Source: Podarcis cretensis (taxonomy: Eukaryota). From it: a stretch of DNA of 64,000 bases. Positions 49,070 through 62,879 of this stretch are shown in pieces. The position numbers and the translations under genes are program-made. The notes under the pieces were generated by a model. The model was not told where the DNA came from. It saw only the letters and a list, made by a program, of their open reading frames with translations, and ran no database searches. The stretch covers positions 77,190,001-77,254,000 of the forward strand of contig OX638149.1 in assembly GCA_951804945.1 (NCBI GenBank), given 5' to 3'. Each line of letters opens with the position of its first letter. The stretch's first letter is position 1.

Positions 49070-50419
49070 TACTAGAAGTGGGAGACCTCCAAGTGTTATT
49101 CCAGTACAAGTCTCATCAGTCCAGCTAGCATGGCCAGTGCTCAGGGATGATGGGAATTGTAGTCTAGCAACATCTGGTGGGTCACAAGTTCCTAACACCT
49201 ACTTTGTCACATGTATCAGCAAAGTCCCATAAATCCCTAGCTGCACTTTAAGTGAGCCAAGTGTAGTTCGGCAAAAGGAACACATTTTTTTTTGGGGGGG
49301 GGGGGAATATGCACTACTAACTTGCATAATATATAGGACAGGATCAGCCTTGCACAAGGACTTTGTGTGTATGTGACTTCTTAGGGGGTGTTTGCCCCTC
49401 TCCTCCCCCTGTGTGCCCCCCACTTCCAAAATTGGCTTGGGGAGTTTGGGGGGAATCCCTGGACCAGCACAAAGGAGGAGAAGATGGGAATCATTCATCT
49501 AGCAAGCTGAAATGCTTCTGCAGTGAGAACAACCAGAAGAGTGTGACATTCTTCTTTATAGTAAACAAATGTACATGTATGGATGGACACATAGTGGCCC
49601 TTGAAAATCGATTGATGTTAACTCTGCTGTCAGTCTCCCAAAGGTGCAGTTATCAGCCTGTTGATGGTGTGATTGACAGCATCCTTGCTGGTCCAGACAA
49701 CAGGGAAAATACTTCGCATCGGAGGAGGGTGAAAAGGTTCTGAGTATGCTCATGCACTCTCGGTCTCCCTCTTACAAAACGTGAAATCAGTGTGTTTATT
49801 TGGTGCCATTACATTGCTCTGGGTTGGAGATACTGGTTTGTGTCACGCAGAGTCCTGGCAACAGTTGTAAGCAAAACCACTTAAAGGGCCATAATAGCTA
49901 AAAAGAGAAATGTTTATAGGCTATGAGAAAGGCTTGAACAAGACATCTCTGGCAGACTGAGATGGCGACACAGTGCCAGGCACCAGGAGTTATCTGCACA
50001 GACTGGAATCCTTTACTCAGGGTGTGTAATGGTCTGGCATTACTTCATCGTGTCACTCCAGCTTGGAGGATTACTTCACTAAGAAAATACGCACAAACAC
50101 ACATGTATGTGTCTACTTAAGGCTCCCATCTTGACTGCAGTATGAGTGGCTTACGTGAATGCAGATGGATGTTATAGCCATTCCCTTGATTGTCTTTTGA
50201 GGAATCCAAGACAAGGGAACAGACTCACATGATGTGCATAAGGAAGTAACAAAAATAAAATAAAATTCAACAATGGTATAGCTGCTACAGAAACATAGTG
50301 ACTCACTATGGCAAGCATAATCACGAAGCTTCTCCACAGGCATAAAGTGACCATTATCTCTATGCTGACAAGCTGATTTGCATTGGCAAATCTGGCTGAA
50401 CTTTTGCACTGAAGTCCTG

Positions 50420-50465
<46 letters not shown>

Positions 50466-50914
50466 TGGAGAGACTTGGCTGTCACTACTGATTCCGTATA
50501 TTATATTCCCTGAGGTTTGTTTCTAATGCTTCTTCTGAGTTCCAGTCCAAAATAATAAAAATGGAATCACAGCTCTGGACAGTCATTTTGGGCCTTCTTC
50601 TTCAGCATTCTGAACCAATGGCAATTCTTGAAATCAGCATAGCATAAGATTTGACTTTGTCTCTCTCCTCCAAATCACCTAAGATAATGGCCAACACCAC
50701 ATCTTATGACACCTATGCATTGCATTTTGAAGAAACTTGGTTTTGTCTGTTCACAACCTATTCCCAATCAGCTTTGTGAAGTGACTCCAAATTCTAGTAT
50801 TATAAGGGGATGAGGGGTAAGAGAATCTCTGCCTACACCTTCTGCTTTGCTCAACATTTTATAAATGCTTATTTTGTCCCCTCTGTCATCTTTTTCTAGA
50901 TGTAAAAACATCAG

Positions 50915-51018
50915 TCATAGAATCATAGAACTGCAGGGTTGGAAGAGTTCACGAGGGTCATCTAGTCCAACCCCCTGAAATACAGGAATCTTTTGCCCAC
51001 TGTGGGGCTCAAACCCCA
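50915..51018 (-). mobile_element. Short SINE with CR1-type tail (Squam2-like), 5'-truncated
   Basis: CATAGAATCATAGAA...GTTGGAAG...TCATCTAGTCCAACCCCCTG is the reverse complement of a CR1-type tail. Confidence 0.72.
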
Positions 51019-52856
51019 TTAATAGAACAGCATCAGGATCATCTTTTAAATATTATTCTCAGTTGCTTATTTTGTCTTTTCAGTAAGCAGTTATTCACCA
51101 TAATCCCAGGATTTCTTTTTTGGGGGTGGACCCAATCAGCCTCTTGGATCTCAGTATAAATCTCAACATTAAATGCCATTTTATGACTATGGAGTGACCC
51201 TTTTTAGAACATCTTATGCAAATAGTTTTATTCTATTATTTTATTTTATTTTAAATGCAGTCTGGAATTCCCAGTGGGAAAGAAAGGCAGGATATGCCTT
51301 TAAGGAATAGATATATACAAATGCTTGTTTCAACACCTTTGCAATGGCTCAAGAAGTACAAAAAAGGTTCACTAAAATCATCACAGCTTTGGCTTGTGTT
51401 CCTTTTGAAAGTTAAAACCATAGACAGAATAACAAGCGAGCAGAATCACTGATCTGACCCAGATGTTATTGTGTAACACCTGATTAGCCAAAACAGTGTG
51501 CACATACACAAACACTTAAAAAATGTCTAAATTGCATCCCTGAAAAGAAGGGCTTTGCTCTTTAAGCAAAGACATTCCTCATGCGGTTATGGCAATTTTA
51601 GAAAACGAGGCTGTACTGTACTTCATCAATTAATTGGCCAAAACTGTGTTGCAGCCCTTGTTGATACTGTAGAAGTTCACAAATTCTGCCAATGGTATCT
51701 GTGTTGATTTATAGCAGTGTCCCGTGCACAGCGGAATGATGAGGAATATGTGTACATACTCTAAATTGCTTTATTTACATTTCAAAGCTGGTAGATTACA
51801 GAAATGCATCTTTCCTCTGCCGAAGCAGAAAATGCATCCTCTCTCCTCTGAAGCACGGAGAGAATCACACTCTGAGAGAACAGTGAAAAACAGGAAACCA
51901 GTGTACGTCACATCCAGCCTCCCCTTTCCCGTGGGAAACACAACAGCAATGCTGTCTGTGGAATGTAAACATTGTCTTGTGACAAGCCTTTCGCTGCACA
52001 GTGAAGAGAGCAGAAACCAACAATCTGAACAGTGTGCCAGGACACTCCAGTGTAATGCAATAGGAGATGAAGTATGCTGTAAAAAATTAAGCTGCTATGA
52101 TGAGTGCATTCAACACTCAGCAGGTATAGGAACACAAATGCCACGCAGCACTTGGGCCCCCTATTTACAGGCAGTATGGTAGACAGGTCAGCCTATTTCA
52201 CATGCTTTCTATCATAAGTTCCCATTTTTTTCACATCCAAAGTTCCTTTTCCTTAAAGTATGCATTTTGTACACACTCATCATACACTCATCTGCTATCC
52301 ATATTTTTAAAGAAAAATACACATTTTGTGCTATTTTTTCTGTAAACCGCAGATTTTTGTGCGCATAGTTTTGAACTGAAACTGCACTCAGATATAACTG
52401 TGTTCTTGTAGGCCAGCTTTGGCAGGTGGCCAAATCATCTTATTTCATAAAGACATCGGGGACTGACACCTGCCAAAGCACGGCATTTTCTTTAGTGTTT
52501 CCCAAATGGCCAATTAGCTTATTGTCAGGTGCTCTGGAAGTCGCAAAAGGGTAGTTAGCAACAGGTTTGTTTCACTTACCGTATTTCCCCTGAATTAAAG
52601 GAAGTGGGAAAGGAACACAATCTAGCATTTTGATGCTCACAGTGCCATGTGGCTGCTGCAAGGGGGGTGGGGAATTTGGACACCTGTGAAGCACTGGTCC
52701 CCAAATAGCCACCTGTTTGGAAGCACCCAAGGATTTCCCTTTAGATACTAGATTGGATTTTCCTCTCCGAATATCCAGCTCTGATAAAGAGGCATGTTGG
52801 CATCATCTAGTGGCAATTCAAGGAAGTTCAGCTTTAACTTGGGAGACATGATTGGG

Positions 52857-53106
52857 CATGGGTAGGCAAACTAAGGCCCGGGGGCTAGATCGCCTTCTAA
52901 ATCTGGCCCGTGGATGGTCTGGGAATCAGCGTGTTTTTACATGAGTAGAATGTGTCCTTTTATTTAAAATGTATCTCTGTGTTATAGTATTTGTGGGGCA
53001 TAGGAATTCGTTCATTTATTATTATTTTTCAAAATATAGTCTGGCCCCCCACAAGGTCTGAGGGACAGTGGACCAGCCCACTGCTGAAAAAGTTTGCTGA
53101 CTCCTG
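52857..53106. mobile_element. hAT non-autonomous element, family B
   Basis: Both termini intact, perfect 8-bp TSD TGATTGGG. Confidence 0.92.
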
Positions 53107-53133
53107 TGATTGGGTGTCCTGAATACCTTCTAA

Positions 53134-53196
53134 CCTTCCTTCCTTCCTTCCTTCCTTCCTTCCTTCCTTCCTTCCTTCCTTCCTTCCTTCCTTCCT
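53134..53196. repeat. (CCTT)n tetranucleotide microsatellite
   Basis: Direct reading. Confidence 0.95.
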
Positions 53197-53300
53197 TTGA
53201 TTCATTCATTTATATCCTGCCTTTCCTCCAAGGAGTTCAGGGTGGCACACCTTGCCCATACTTTGAGCGCTATATCAGAGCTCACAATTCGTAAAGAGTA

Positions 53301-53542
53301 CAGTGGTACCTTGGGTTAAGTACTTAATTCGTTCTGGAGGTCTGTTCTTAACCTGAAACCGTTCTTAATCTGAAGCACCACTTTAGCTAATGGGGCCTCC
53401 CGCTGCTGCCGCGCTGCCGGAGCACGATTTCTGTTCTCAACCTGAAGCAAAGTTCTTAACCTGAAGCACTATTTCTGGGTTAGCGGAGTGTGTAACTTGA
53501 AGCATATGTAACCTGAAGCGTATGTAACCCGAGGTACCACTG
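53301..53542. mobile_element. Tc1/mariner MITE, family A copy 4
   Basis: Same TIRs, TA TSD at 53299-300 and 53543-44. Confidence 0.92.
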
Positions 53543-55520
53543 TAGATCTATCCTATGCTAACCTATGTTTGTCAGCAGATGTTGGTCTAGGTGCAGCAGT
53601 GCTAAGTGGTGAACTATTGAACTGTAGATGGCAGCTTCTCAGTGACAATCTTTCTGGCAGGGGACTAACTCCACGTACCCAGGCTGGCCATTGGATCCTT
53701 CTGTTCTGGTAAGATGCTTGGGTAAGATCATCCAGTTAACTTCATGGACTGAGCTCAGGTCTGCTCTTGTCCCCTTGGTTCTGTTCTGGTCCTCAGGAGG
53801 CACCCATAGAGTTGCTCTGAATGAGCAACTTTCTTCCAAAAAGAAGAAGGAAAAGCTGGGCCTCTTCCTCTGGTCCACCTCTCCTATCATCTTCCATTGG
53901 AGCACTAGCGACTCTGCATGCTGGGTGGGTGCTTTTCTTCCTCGCCATGTCCTCTTGGCTGGAGCTTCCTAAACAGCCCTCCAGGAAACCAGTTCAGGCC
54001 TTGCAGACTGGAGCACCTAAGCAAAGCCTTTTTAGAAGCCTAGCAGTATGTCAACCATCTTGTCTGCTTCTGTAAGGTGACTGTCATCATTGCCCTTGCG
54101 CTTTCTCAAGACATATCACATGGCCTCTGAGCGCAGCATTCTGTCTGCCTGCCTCCGAGAGAAGTGAACCACCATAGTTGCTGACTAACAGGGATGCACA
54201 GAAATGATACCCACGTTTCACCTCTGCTTGAGCCAGTAGGTGCCCTTGGGTCTGGCATCTATTGGAGTTGTTAGCAATGAGGTCATCCCTCCATTATAGC
54301 TGATCTAGAGTCTCTAGGAGGCTCTCGGAAGCTTAGCTATCGATCACCCTCCACTTAAACTTCCCCCGGAGGGCTTCTGTTTCAGGAAATCTCTACTTTT
54401 CCTTCTCCTACATATATTCTCTGTGGTGTTATTCTGTGAAGGAGGCTGTGGGAGTGGGATTTAAAGAAGCAGTAGCTGAAAGTGCAGCTATCAAGTGAGC
54501 GTGTCAAGCATTTTGCTGAATATTAAATGTTTCTGACTTTTATTCTCCAAGGTCTATTGGGGAAATGACCCTGAGATCAGAAGTACGTTTCCTCAAAATA
54601 ACTGGGGCTTAGTTTGGAGCCTGACAACATGAGCACATGGCTAATTAGAAAATGCTTGTTTTCAGTTACATTTCAGCCACTGAGCACAGATTGGTCTTGG
54701 GGTACTTGGCTGCAGTGAGGTCATGGTGCTACTGGGGTGGGACGGGGGAAGGAGCCACAGGTGGTGAAGCATTGTTGTTTTTAAAATCAGGCCTGAGGTA
54801 ATTCAGATTCCACACTGATAACTCCCGGTTTGAAATGCCAGTTCTTAATCTCAACTACTAGGGGACTGTGGAATGGCCACTTGCCTTGCAAATATGTGCA
54901 AGGGATTGTTTGTAAAGTGTGTCACAATACTTTTTATAAAAAATCATTCTTAATTCAGTGCCCCCTTAGTTACTGCTTCTGTGACTTCAGTGCAACAGTC
55001 CCTCACAAAGTATATGGCACACATATCACAACACTCCCAGTGTATATCTTATAATTATTTTATACTGTAATAATGAAGGTGCTACATTGTTATCTTCCTG
55101 TGGTGAATTCATGTGCTACTCAGTGCATAAAGTGCGGAGGTTGACACCAAGGGGGGAGTAGATTTGTTGTTCATCAAACAGAAGGGAGCACTGAGGGAGG
55201 TTTAAAAAGCTTGCATGTGTTATCATGAGCTGCTATTTCTGTGGGGCTGTGCTGGGCCCGGGTGTTAACCTGAGCAATGCGGTCCAGGTCCGGTCCCAAA
55301 TCCATGGATTCCCCGAGGAGTCAGTCCAGCAGTGCCAAGGCAGGAAACCAAGCTAGGTCAGGCATTGGGTCTCAGGCAGGTTCTAGCAAAGAGCAATCTT
55401 GCTCCCGCAAACTGAAATGAAAAAAGCCAGAAGTCAGCACTCAACTAAAGCTCTGCTCCCTGCTGTACAAAATGGGAAAGCAAACAGTCAACTGCAATCA
55501 GCCAGCCCTCAGGTCTGCCA

Positions 55521-56092
55521 CTGCTGCTGTCGAATCCCAGGTCAGCCTGGAACAAAATCTCCCTCATCCATGATCTAATTATGGATGAGGAGGCTCATCT
55601 GGCATGTATTACTGAAACTTGGGTGGGTGAACAGGGTGGAGTTGGTCTCACCCAGTTGTGCCCACCTGGCCCACTTGGGTGCAGCATCAGGCCAGACTCG
55701 AGGGTTGGGGAGAGGGAGTTGCTGTGGTCTATAGAGATTCTCTATCTTCAGGGTCTCTGTCCAGTGGGGGGGGGGGAAAGGAAATTTAGAGTGTGTGTTC
55801 CTAGTGTTGGGCAATCAGGACAGATTAGAGATTCTACTGGTTTACCACCTGCCTCCCTGCCTGAGCTGACAGAGCTAGTCTCGAAGGCAGTGTTGAGGAC
55901 TCCCGGACTGCTGGTTCTGGGTGACCCCAACATCTATGCTGAGGCAGCTGGTTCTGGGGCAGCGCAGGACTTCATGGCTCCCATGACAACCATGGGGCTG
56001 TCCCAACATGTCACTGGCCCAATGCACATGGCAGGCCACACTCTGGACCTTGTTTTCTCGACTGGGCAGGAAGAGGGTGGTTTGAAAGTGGG
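55521..56092 (+). mobile_element. L2-clade LINE ORF2 fragment (AP endonuclease domain), decayed
   Basis: LLLSNPRS..NK..LIHDLI..ACITETW, LLVLGDPN and GHTLDLVFS are APE motifs. The middle is out of frame and there is no RT domain downstream. Confidence 0.88.
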
Positions 56093-59000
56093 GGCAGAAA
56101 AGAGAAGTTTCCCATGTGAAGTTTCCTGAGTACTGATTTTTTAAAAAAATCTCTTTACACTCATCCTGTAAGTTCATATCCCCCCACTTCAGTCCCTCCC
56201 ATTATCAGCTGGGGGGAATGGTGGGGTAAATAGGCTTTGTTCCTTTTTTATATATGACCATTAGGTGGTGAAATTGCATTTTATTCTCTTATCTTGGAAG
56301 ATACAATAATTAACTACCGCTTTGGCCAATGGGATGAGAAGAAACCCAGTCACCCTAGCTGTTGGATTATGTAGTACTAATCACCAATTTTTAGTGAACC
56401 AGGCTGGAGATGACTTTTTGGAGGCAGTAAGGGAGAATTTCAGCTGCTTTTCTAATCCAAGGCCACTTTTTCATCCATTATCCCAGGCTGGCCCAAACTT
56501 TTGTTATTCAGAAGATCACACCCAATCAAAAACCAACCTAAACAAGTGCCCAAGAAGTGACCACAGAAAGAAACCAATTTAAGTTCAGGATGTGGTAACA
56601 ACATCTATTTCACAGTATTCCAAGCGTAGTGGAAAGTGCATTTTAGTGGCATCAGATTTACATTCCTGAGCCCTAAAATAAGTACTTTTTTCTCTTATAA
56701 CTTTATATTCATACTTAGATGTATGAATGTAAGTTGCTTTGAAGTCATAGGATCGCAGAAGCACAGAGAGCCCAAGATTAATCTGTGCCTTTTTCTTACT
56801 TAACCTCTGCAGGTAGTTGCGATAGATGTATAGACAAATCCTAAGGCAGCTGCGTCCTTTCTGAGATGCTGGGGGATTCCTTGTGTGCCCAAGTGGGAAA
56901 GTGGAGAGGAGAGCTGCTGTAGCTCTTCCAGTCAAGGCCTGGCCTGCTTCCCTTCTATTGAAATTACATTTCCCTGAGGTAATCTTCAGGGATATGTTCT
57001 GCTTTATTGTCTGAGCTAATTGCTCATATGAGATGTATTTACAGAAGAGTCTCTGGTTGTGAGAGACCACTGGTGCAGACAAATAGGTTCTGGTTTCACC
57101 AGGCTTTTTCCATTAAAACGTGGAGGATGAGAGCACTGTCAGAAGCTGATTAAGCCCAGGCTAGCAAGGGCCCTAGGTTTCCTCAACACTCAGGACTACA
57201 CGTGCTTTTTACTCATTGTTCAGCAAATTGCTAAGTTAAATCCTCCATCAGTGTGCATAGGAACATAGGAAACCACCTTATATCAAGTTAGACTACAAGC
57301 TCATCTTGCTCATTCTTATCTACACTAACCAGCACTGGCTCTCCAGAGTTTCAGACATGTCCTTCCACACACCAGTCCTGCCTGGGATGAAACCTGCTAC
57401 CTTTCGGATGCAAAGTAGGTGCTTCACTATAGCAGACAAACTGTTCTCATCAGCAGAAGTTGCTAACATTACTGCAGTCCAACATAATAATAATAATAAT
57501 ACAAATAACATGGGGGGGGGATTCTAGCATCTCCAGGTAGGGCTGGAAAATGCCTCATCTGAAACAATGAGGAGGCACTGCCAGTCCATATATATAGTAC
57601 TGAGGCAGATGGACCAATGGTATAAAGAAAAGGAATGTGGCAAGGCAACAATTTATTTATTTCGAACTCTTGTTGGCCACCCAGTCAACAGAGTCCTCTT
57701 GATGATCCACAGAATGACCATGCCCTCAATGGCCTCTGCACACATGCCAAGGCCCCTTCTTGCCAGCCAACTGCAGATAATCCAGTGCCTTTTCCCCACT
57801 GCAACTGCATTCAATCTGCCCAACCCCCACCTAAACAGGCAGAGTGTGCCCGTCACCTAGTGCTCACCAACCATCACAGACCAACAGCATTCACTTAAGC
57901 AAAAGTCTTCTAGCCCTCCATGTGCCTTACATGACTATTTTTGCCATTAAGTAAGCTAACCAAAAGTCTAGAAAAAAGTTCATCCTCCATGTCCAAAGTA
58001 GATACTTACAACAGTGTTATGTAATGCTTAGCGTTTTGTTAATGATTATCTACAGGATAAGGCAGCTTTCACATCAAATTGCACATGTTGTTATGGAGAC
58101 TATTTACAGATTTAGGTAATCTTGGCCATAATATGTTTTCTGGGTTGTGTCTACAGCAGTGCTTTATGTGTTTTATAGTTTTGTTTTAATGTTTTACTGT
58201 GGTTGTTACTGGCTTCTTAAATGAACTCAGCGTATCATGTATCAGAGATCTCCACCCTACTGCCAAAAGAAGCAGCATGGAATCAGCCCATGCCCTCTCC
58301 GGACGAGTAGTTTCACCCAGAAACTATAGTGATGACTTGGGGACTGTTTTTAACTAGTTTTTATACCTATAGAGCACCTTCATCATAGGCCTGGCACACA
58401 TTTCCAGGCTGCTTTCCCCCCACCCCAGATCAGGAGGCAGATGTTTGTTTCTTTAAATAAACCCTGGCACTCTTGTTTTATTACAAATGTCGCCAACCTT
58501 ACCCATCTCTAAAACAGTCACATTCACCACACAGTATTTGGCAGCCTTGTTGGAAAGAGCCTGTCCATTTGCTGTCCCAGTTCCAAGCCTGAAGCTTAAC
58601 AGGGTGCTGTTGTACAGCAGGCTTTCTTGCAAGCAGAGTCACAGAGCAGCTTGACTGCCAATCAGATGACCTTAAATTTTGCATGAGACATATAAAGAGG
58701 CCACTGTTATGGATGGAGCCGTGTAGTGGCCGGTTGATTTATGATGGGAGGGCAGAGAGCAAAATGCGAGGAGGAGGCAGCAAACACTTAGCGAAACTTC
58801 CCAGCTCCCTCAAGCAACCACACGACCCGGAATTAAAATGAAATAAGTTTTCCTTCAGCTAAACTATTCAGTGCCTATGGTCCCTGCAATGATGAAGGAA
58901 TGATTTGCTATGCTGGAAAGTTATTGCATGGGTGATGCAAACAGGGTTGTTGTTGTTTTAAATCATCTTCCTCTTATTATAAAACCAGAAGGGGGAAAGA

Positions 59001-61338
59001 CAGTGATGCTGTCAGGGCAGAGGGCCAGGGCCTCACTCAGGAGAATGAGTAGTAGGGCCCCACAAAGGCAGCAGGGCTGTTGGCTTGCCACATTTTGAAG
59101 TACACACATATTACCTACCATCTGAAGGGAAATCCTGTATGACCACTAAGTCCAGAGTCGAAAATCACCTAACTGCACCACGGGGGAAAGGGAGAATTAA
59201 TAGCAATCCCTGTATGCAGAGAGAATTTCCCTCTCCAGCCTTCAAACGGGCTGGTTTCCTTATTAAACCTTGTTTTATTTCTTTGTTGACCACTGACTTC
59301 TAAAACTAGATGTTAGGCATCAGGGCCTGGAACATACCGTGTATTGCTGGAAGATACCAGTATTGTTTCTCCCAAATTCCAGATTTGTAGCAGCATGTTG
59401 TTGCTTGAGGAGGAAGAGATGCACTCGTACTTATTATTGGTTCACATGTAGCAGGATTCAGCCGCTGAATCAGGTTTGGTGGGGCTAAGTGCAAGTGAGT
59501 CTTGGCTTAAATAGAGTCCTATCTAAAACCACCTAGGTGGTTTTACTTACAGTGGTTTAGCCTAGTGTAGACTCAGGAGTACAGTTCCCATACTTTAAAA
59601 AAGGCCCTCTACCCAGTGTGCTTGAAGAGGCTCATTCCTTACTTACCCTGGCCAGCAAAATCTGAAATCCTATGTAGCTTAATAAAAAGAAGTTATGGTA
59701 CCATACTTACTTGAACATTGCACAGTAGCTGTGAAGCAGAGTGATAAGGAAATCCCAGCAATGAGGATGAGGAAATCCCAGTACAGAGTGCCTGTTTTCA
59801 GGATTCCAGTCATTCTGTTCCATTCTCCCCAACAGGCAGTCAGCATCCTATGCTCATTGAGCACCATCAGTTTTCATTGAGCCTGTTTTCCCCTATTTCC
59901 ATTTGGGTGTTTGGGAGAGTGGAAGCACTTCTGCCTAATAATACCAACTGCACTAAAATTACTGGTTTCTCCATTGATGTTTATGAGCAGCTGTCCCTTA
60001 CTTCCCCGGAGACATTTTAAAATTGCTTCTCAAAGTGAACTAGAAACTTACCCAGGCAATGAGATGGCTCTTTTTTACCCTTTAAAAATATCTATATGTC
60101 CTTCTCCCCTTCCCAGTGACCTGGCTGTGAGTTTTCCTTTCAGCTGTTCAATATTCTGTGCCTCTGAGTTATTGTGGAGCGGTTCTGTGTGGGTTTCATT
60201 CTCTGAGAGCCTTTCCTATACACTTTTGGGCATCAGCAAACCTTGGGGTTACCCCAAGTCTGCCGATACCTCTCTTACACACAAGAGTGATGCCGTTTTT
60301 GCCTCAAATTCTATGAGCAGGGAAGATCTGAACTGGTATTAAAATAGAATATGCTTTTATATATATATATAAAGGAAGAATGTAACAATGCATTTCCATA
60401 TCAGAAGAGAGCACTGTCTTGTTTGCACAAGCTTACAAGGAAACTAGAGGAAAAGAGAAACAGAATTAATCTTCAGCACTATCCGCTCATGTTACTCGCT
60501 GTGAAACAGCTTGAGAGACGTATAGGTTACAACAAATGTCAAAGTCAGGAGGGAATCTCACTTCACTAGGTGACTTTAGTCAAACTACTATTAGGCTCAC
60601 CTTCCCATTCCCCCTGCCATCTGCAGTATGTTTGGAAGAAGACTACCTTAGAGGGCTTCTCGACAAATGTATTACAAAGAAGTAGCTACGTCAGAATTTT
60701 CTAGGGCACTAGTCTGCTCTTTGAACACATATGGATTTATAAGAGCCTTTGTTGGAAGTGCAGCAGCAGGGATCATTTGGCTAGTAGTCTAAGGATTACA
60801 GTTATGTTCACCATTAGTGAACCTAAAGTTTGGTAGAGGTATATCTAGCAACCACTCAGATTGGCATTATCCTTCCTGAGGTAACTCTAGTTCTGATTGG
60901 CTATGTAGTTCTGAGGGAGTTTCCTCCTGTATGTATAGTTATATATCTTCCTGCTATGTACTAGGCTTGAGCTACTAAGAAAGACAAACCTCTCTGTTCA
61001 CTTCAGCTTATATTATGTACTGTTTTTGTTCAGTTTATACAGTATAGGATTAGCAGTGTATTTCCCCTCTGGGCTCTGTCTGCATCATTGAAGTGACTCT
61101 CTTAACATCCTTCAGTAAGAATTTCCAGGGCAGTTTGTATAAAAATATACAATTAACAACAATGATAGTAATAATAGTACTAGTGCCCCCCCCCCCCCGT
61201 TGTAGACCATTCACTGGTCTGTTTCTGTATTTGGTAAATGTCTGAAAATACAGAAACAAGCTTTCACTTCATGGGTGAAAGGCATTTAGATATCAGGCCT
61301 TTTATCATGTTGCTTTAAAAGTGTATAGTTCTGTTCCT

Positions 61339-61441
61339 GATATCTCAGTGGGTTAGACAAGGTTGCAGGTTCAATCCCCACATGGGACATGGACTAGATG
61401 ATCCTCAGGGTTCCTTCCAGCTCTACAATTCTATGATTCTA
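61339..61441 (+). mobile_element. Short tRNA-head/CR1-tail SINE
   Basis: B box GGTTCAATCCC followed by GGACTAGATGATCCTCAGGGTTCCTTCCAGCTCTACAATTCTATGATTCTA. Confidence 0.72.
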
Positions 61442-62879
61442 TTTACAGGAATGCTGTGAGGAATGTGCATATAACTATAATAATAAGAAAGCCATTTCTG
61501 ATTGTGTGGGGTTTTATTTTAAGTGCTGCTTTCAGGGTAGTCCCAGATTTTTCTGATATATTTTTTTAAGTACTGTACTTCATTACTTTTCCTCCTGTGC
61601 AAAAAGTTGAATTTGAAATGTTTTTAGATAAATGATTATATAGTATTGCAGCCTTAATTAATCAGAAGTCAATGTTTGTTTGTTTGTTTGTTTGTTTGTT
61701 TGCAAGCCAGTTTTTAAATATTTATATCCTGACTTGTTACAGCTATCGAAGTGCAAAAATTAAAATATTGAAAATAGAAAACAAACTATAATTCAAAACA
61801 ACAAATAAGGGGATGCAATCAGTACAGGAAACCAGTGCCGGTCAAAAATAAAAATCCATAAAAACAATATTCTTAAAAGCCTGCTTGCGGGGGGGGGGGG
61901 GGGATGTATTTTATAATGAAAGTGTTGTGGTGATAATCTCCTTTTGCTTTTTGTCATTTATCGTCATTGGCCCGATGGAGAAAATATTTAATCTGACATG
62001 ACGCACACATTGTTTTGGGAGTCAACCATGGATTAAAATGTGTGTCATATAACTAAATACCCTCCTCTTAGTACAATGCTATGCACAGTGGAACTGGAGA
62101 AAATTCATCCTTCACTCACTGCCAAAAGTACTCTTAACAAAGGGTAACAAGAAAGCATAATTCAGATAAGGGACATCTGTTCCCTAGTGTTTGCAGATAA
62201 TGATGGATCAAGTGTCTGCATAAAGGATAATTATTATCAGCAGATGGTTTATCATTATTTTTTTTAAAAAAACTGGAAAATGGTAAGAAAAGGAAATTAT
62301 CGCTGCAATAAATTTTATGATTTCTGCAGAATGTCATTTTTCTATACAGCATAAAGTGATTTGCAAATGAATGATTTCTAATCTTTCAAACAGACCCTTG
62401 AAAGAGAGATGATTATTTGTGATCTCATGGCTAGTCACACTGGGTAAAACTGCTAATCTTATTCACTGGGGTTTTATGCTGAGACAGTTTTCTTTGTGTA
62501 AAGGGATTTTATGTGAAGCGATGGGTAATACTGTTGTTGGAATGTAGCGTTTCCTTTGATCTTTGGGTCTTGCCTGTCTATGTCATGCTGCCTACCATTT
62601 AGATGGTCTCTCAGAAGTGAAGTGATTGCAGCTGCAAGGGGGGCAAAAGGAGCAAGATTACTCAAGATTTCAAAATGTAAGGCTCAATGCACATCTGCGA
62701 CATCTGCTAGGCGCCCTTTTATGGCGTGTGATACTTATTATCGTACAAGAGGAGGAAAGGGATAACCCTTACAAGTAAGAGTTGTAGAACTTTCTTAGGA
62801 ATGGTGTAAATAAATGTTCAAGGGTCCCCCCTAAAAACACCACAAAAGAGAATGGATGACATAACCTAGAAACATACAT

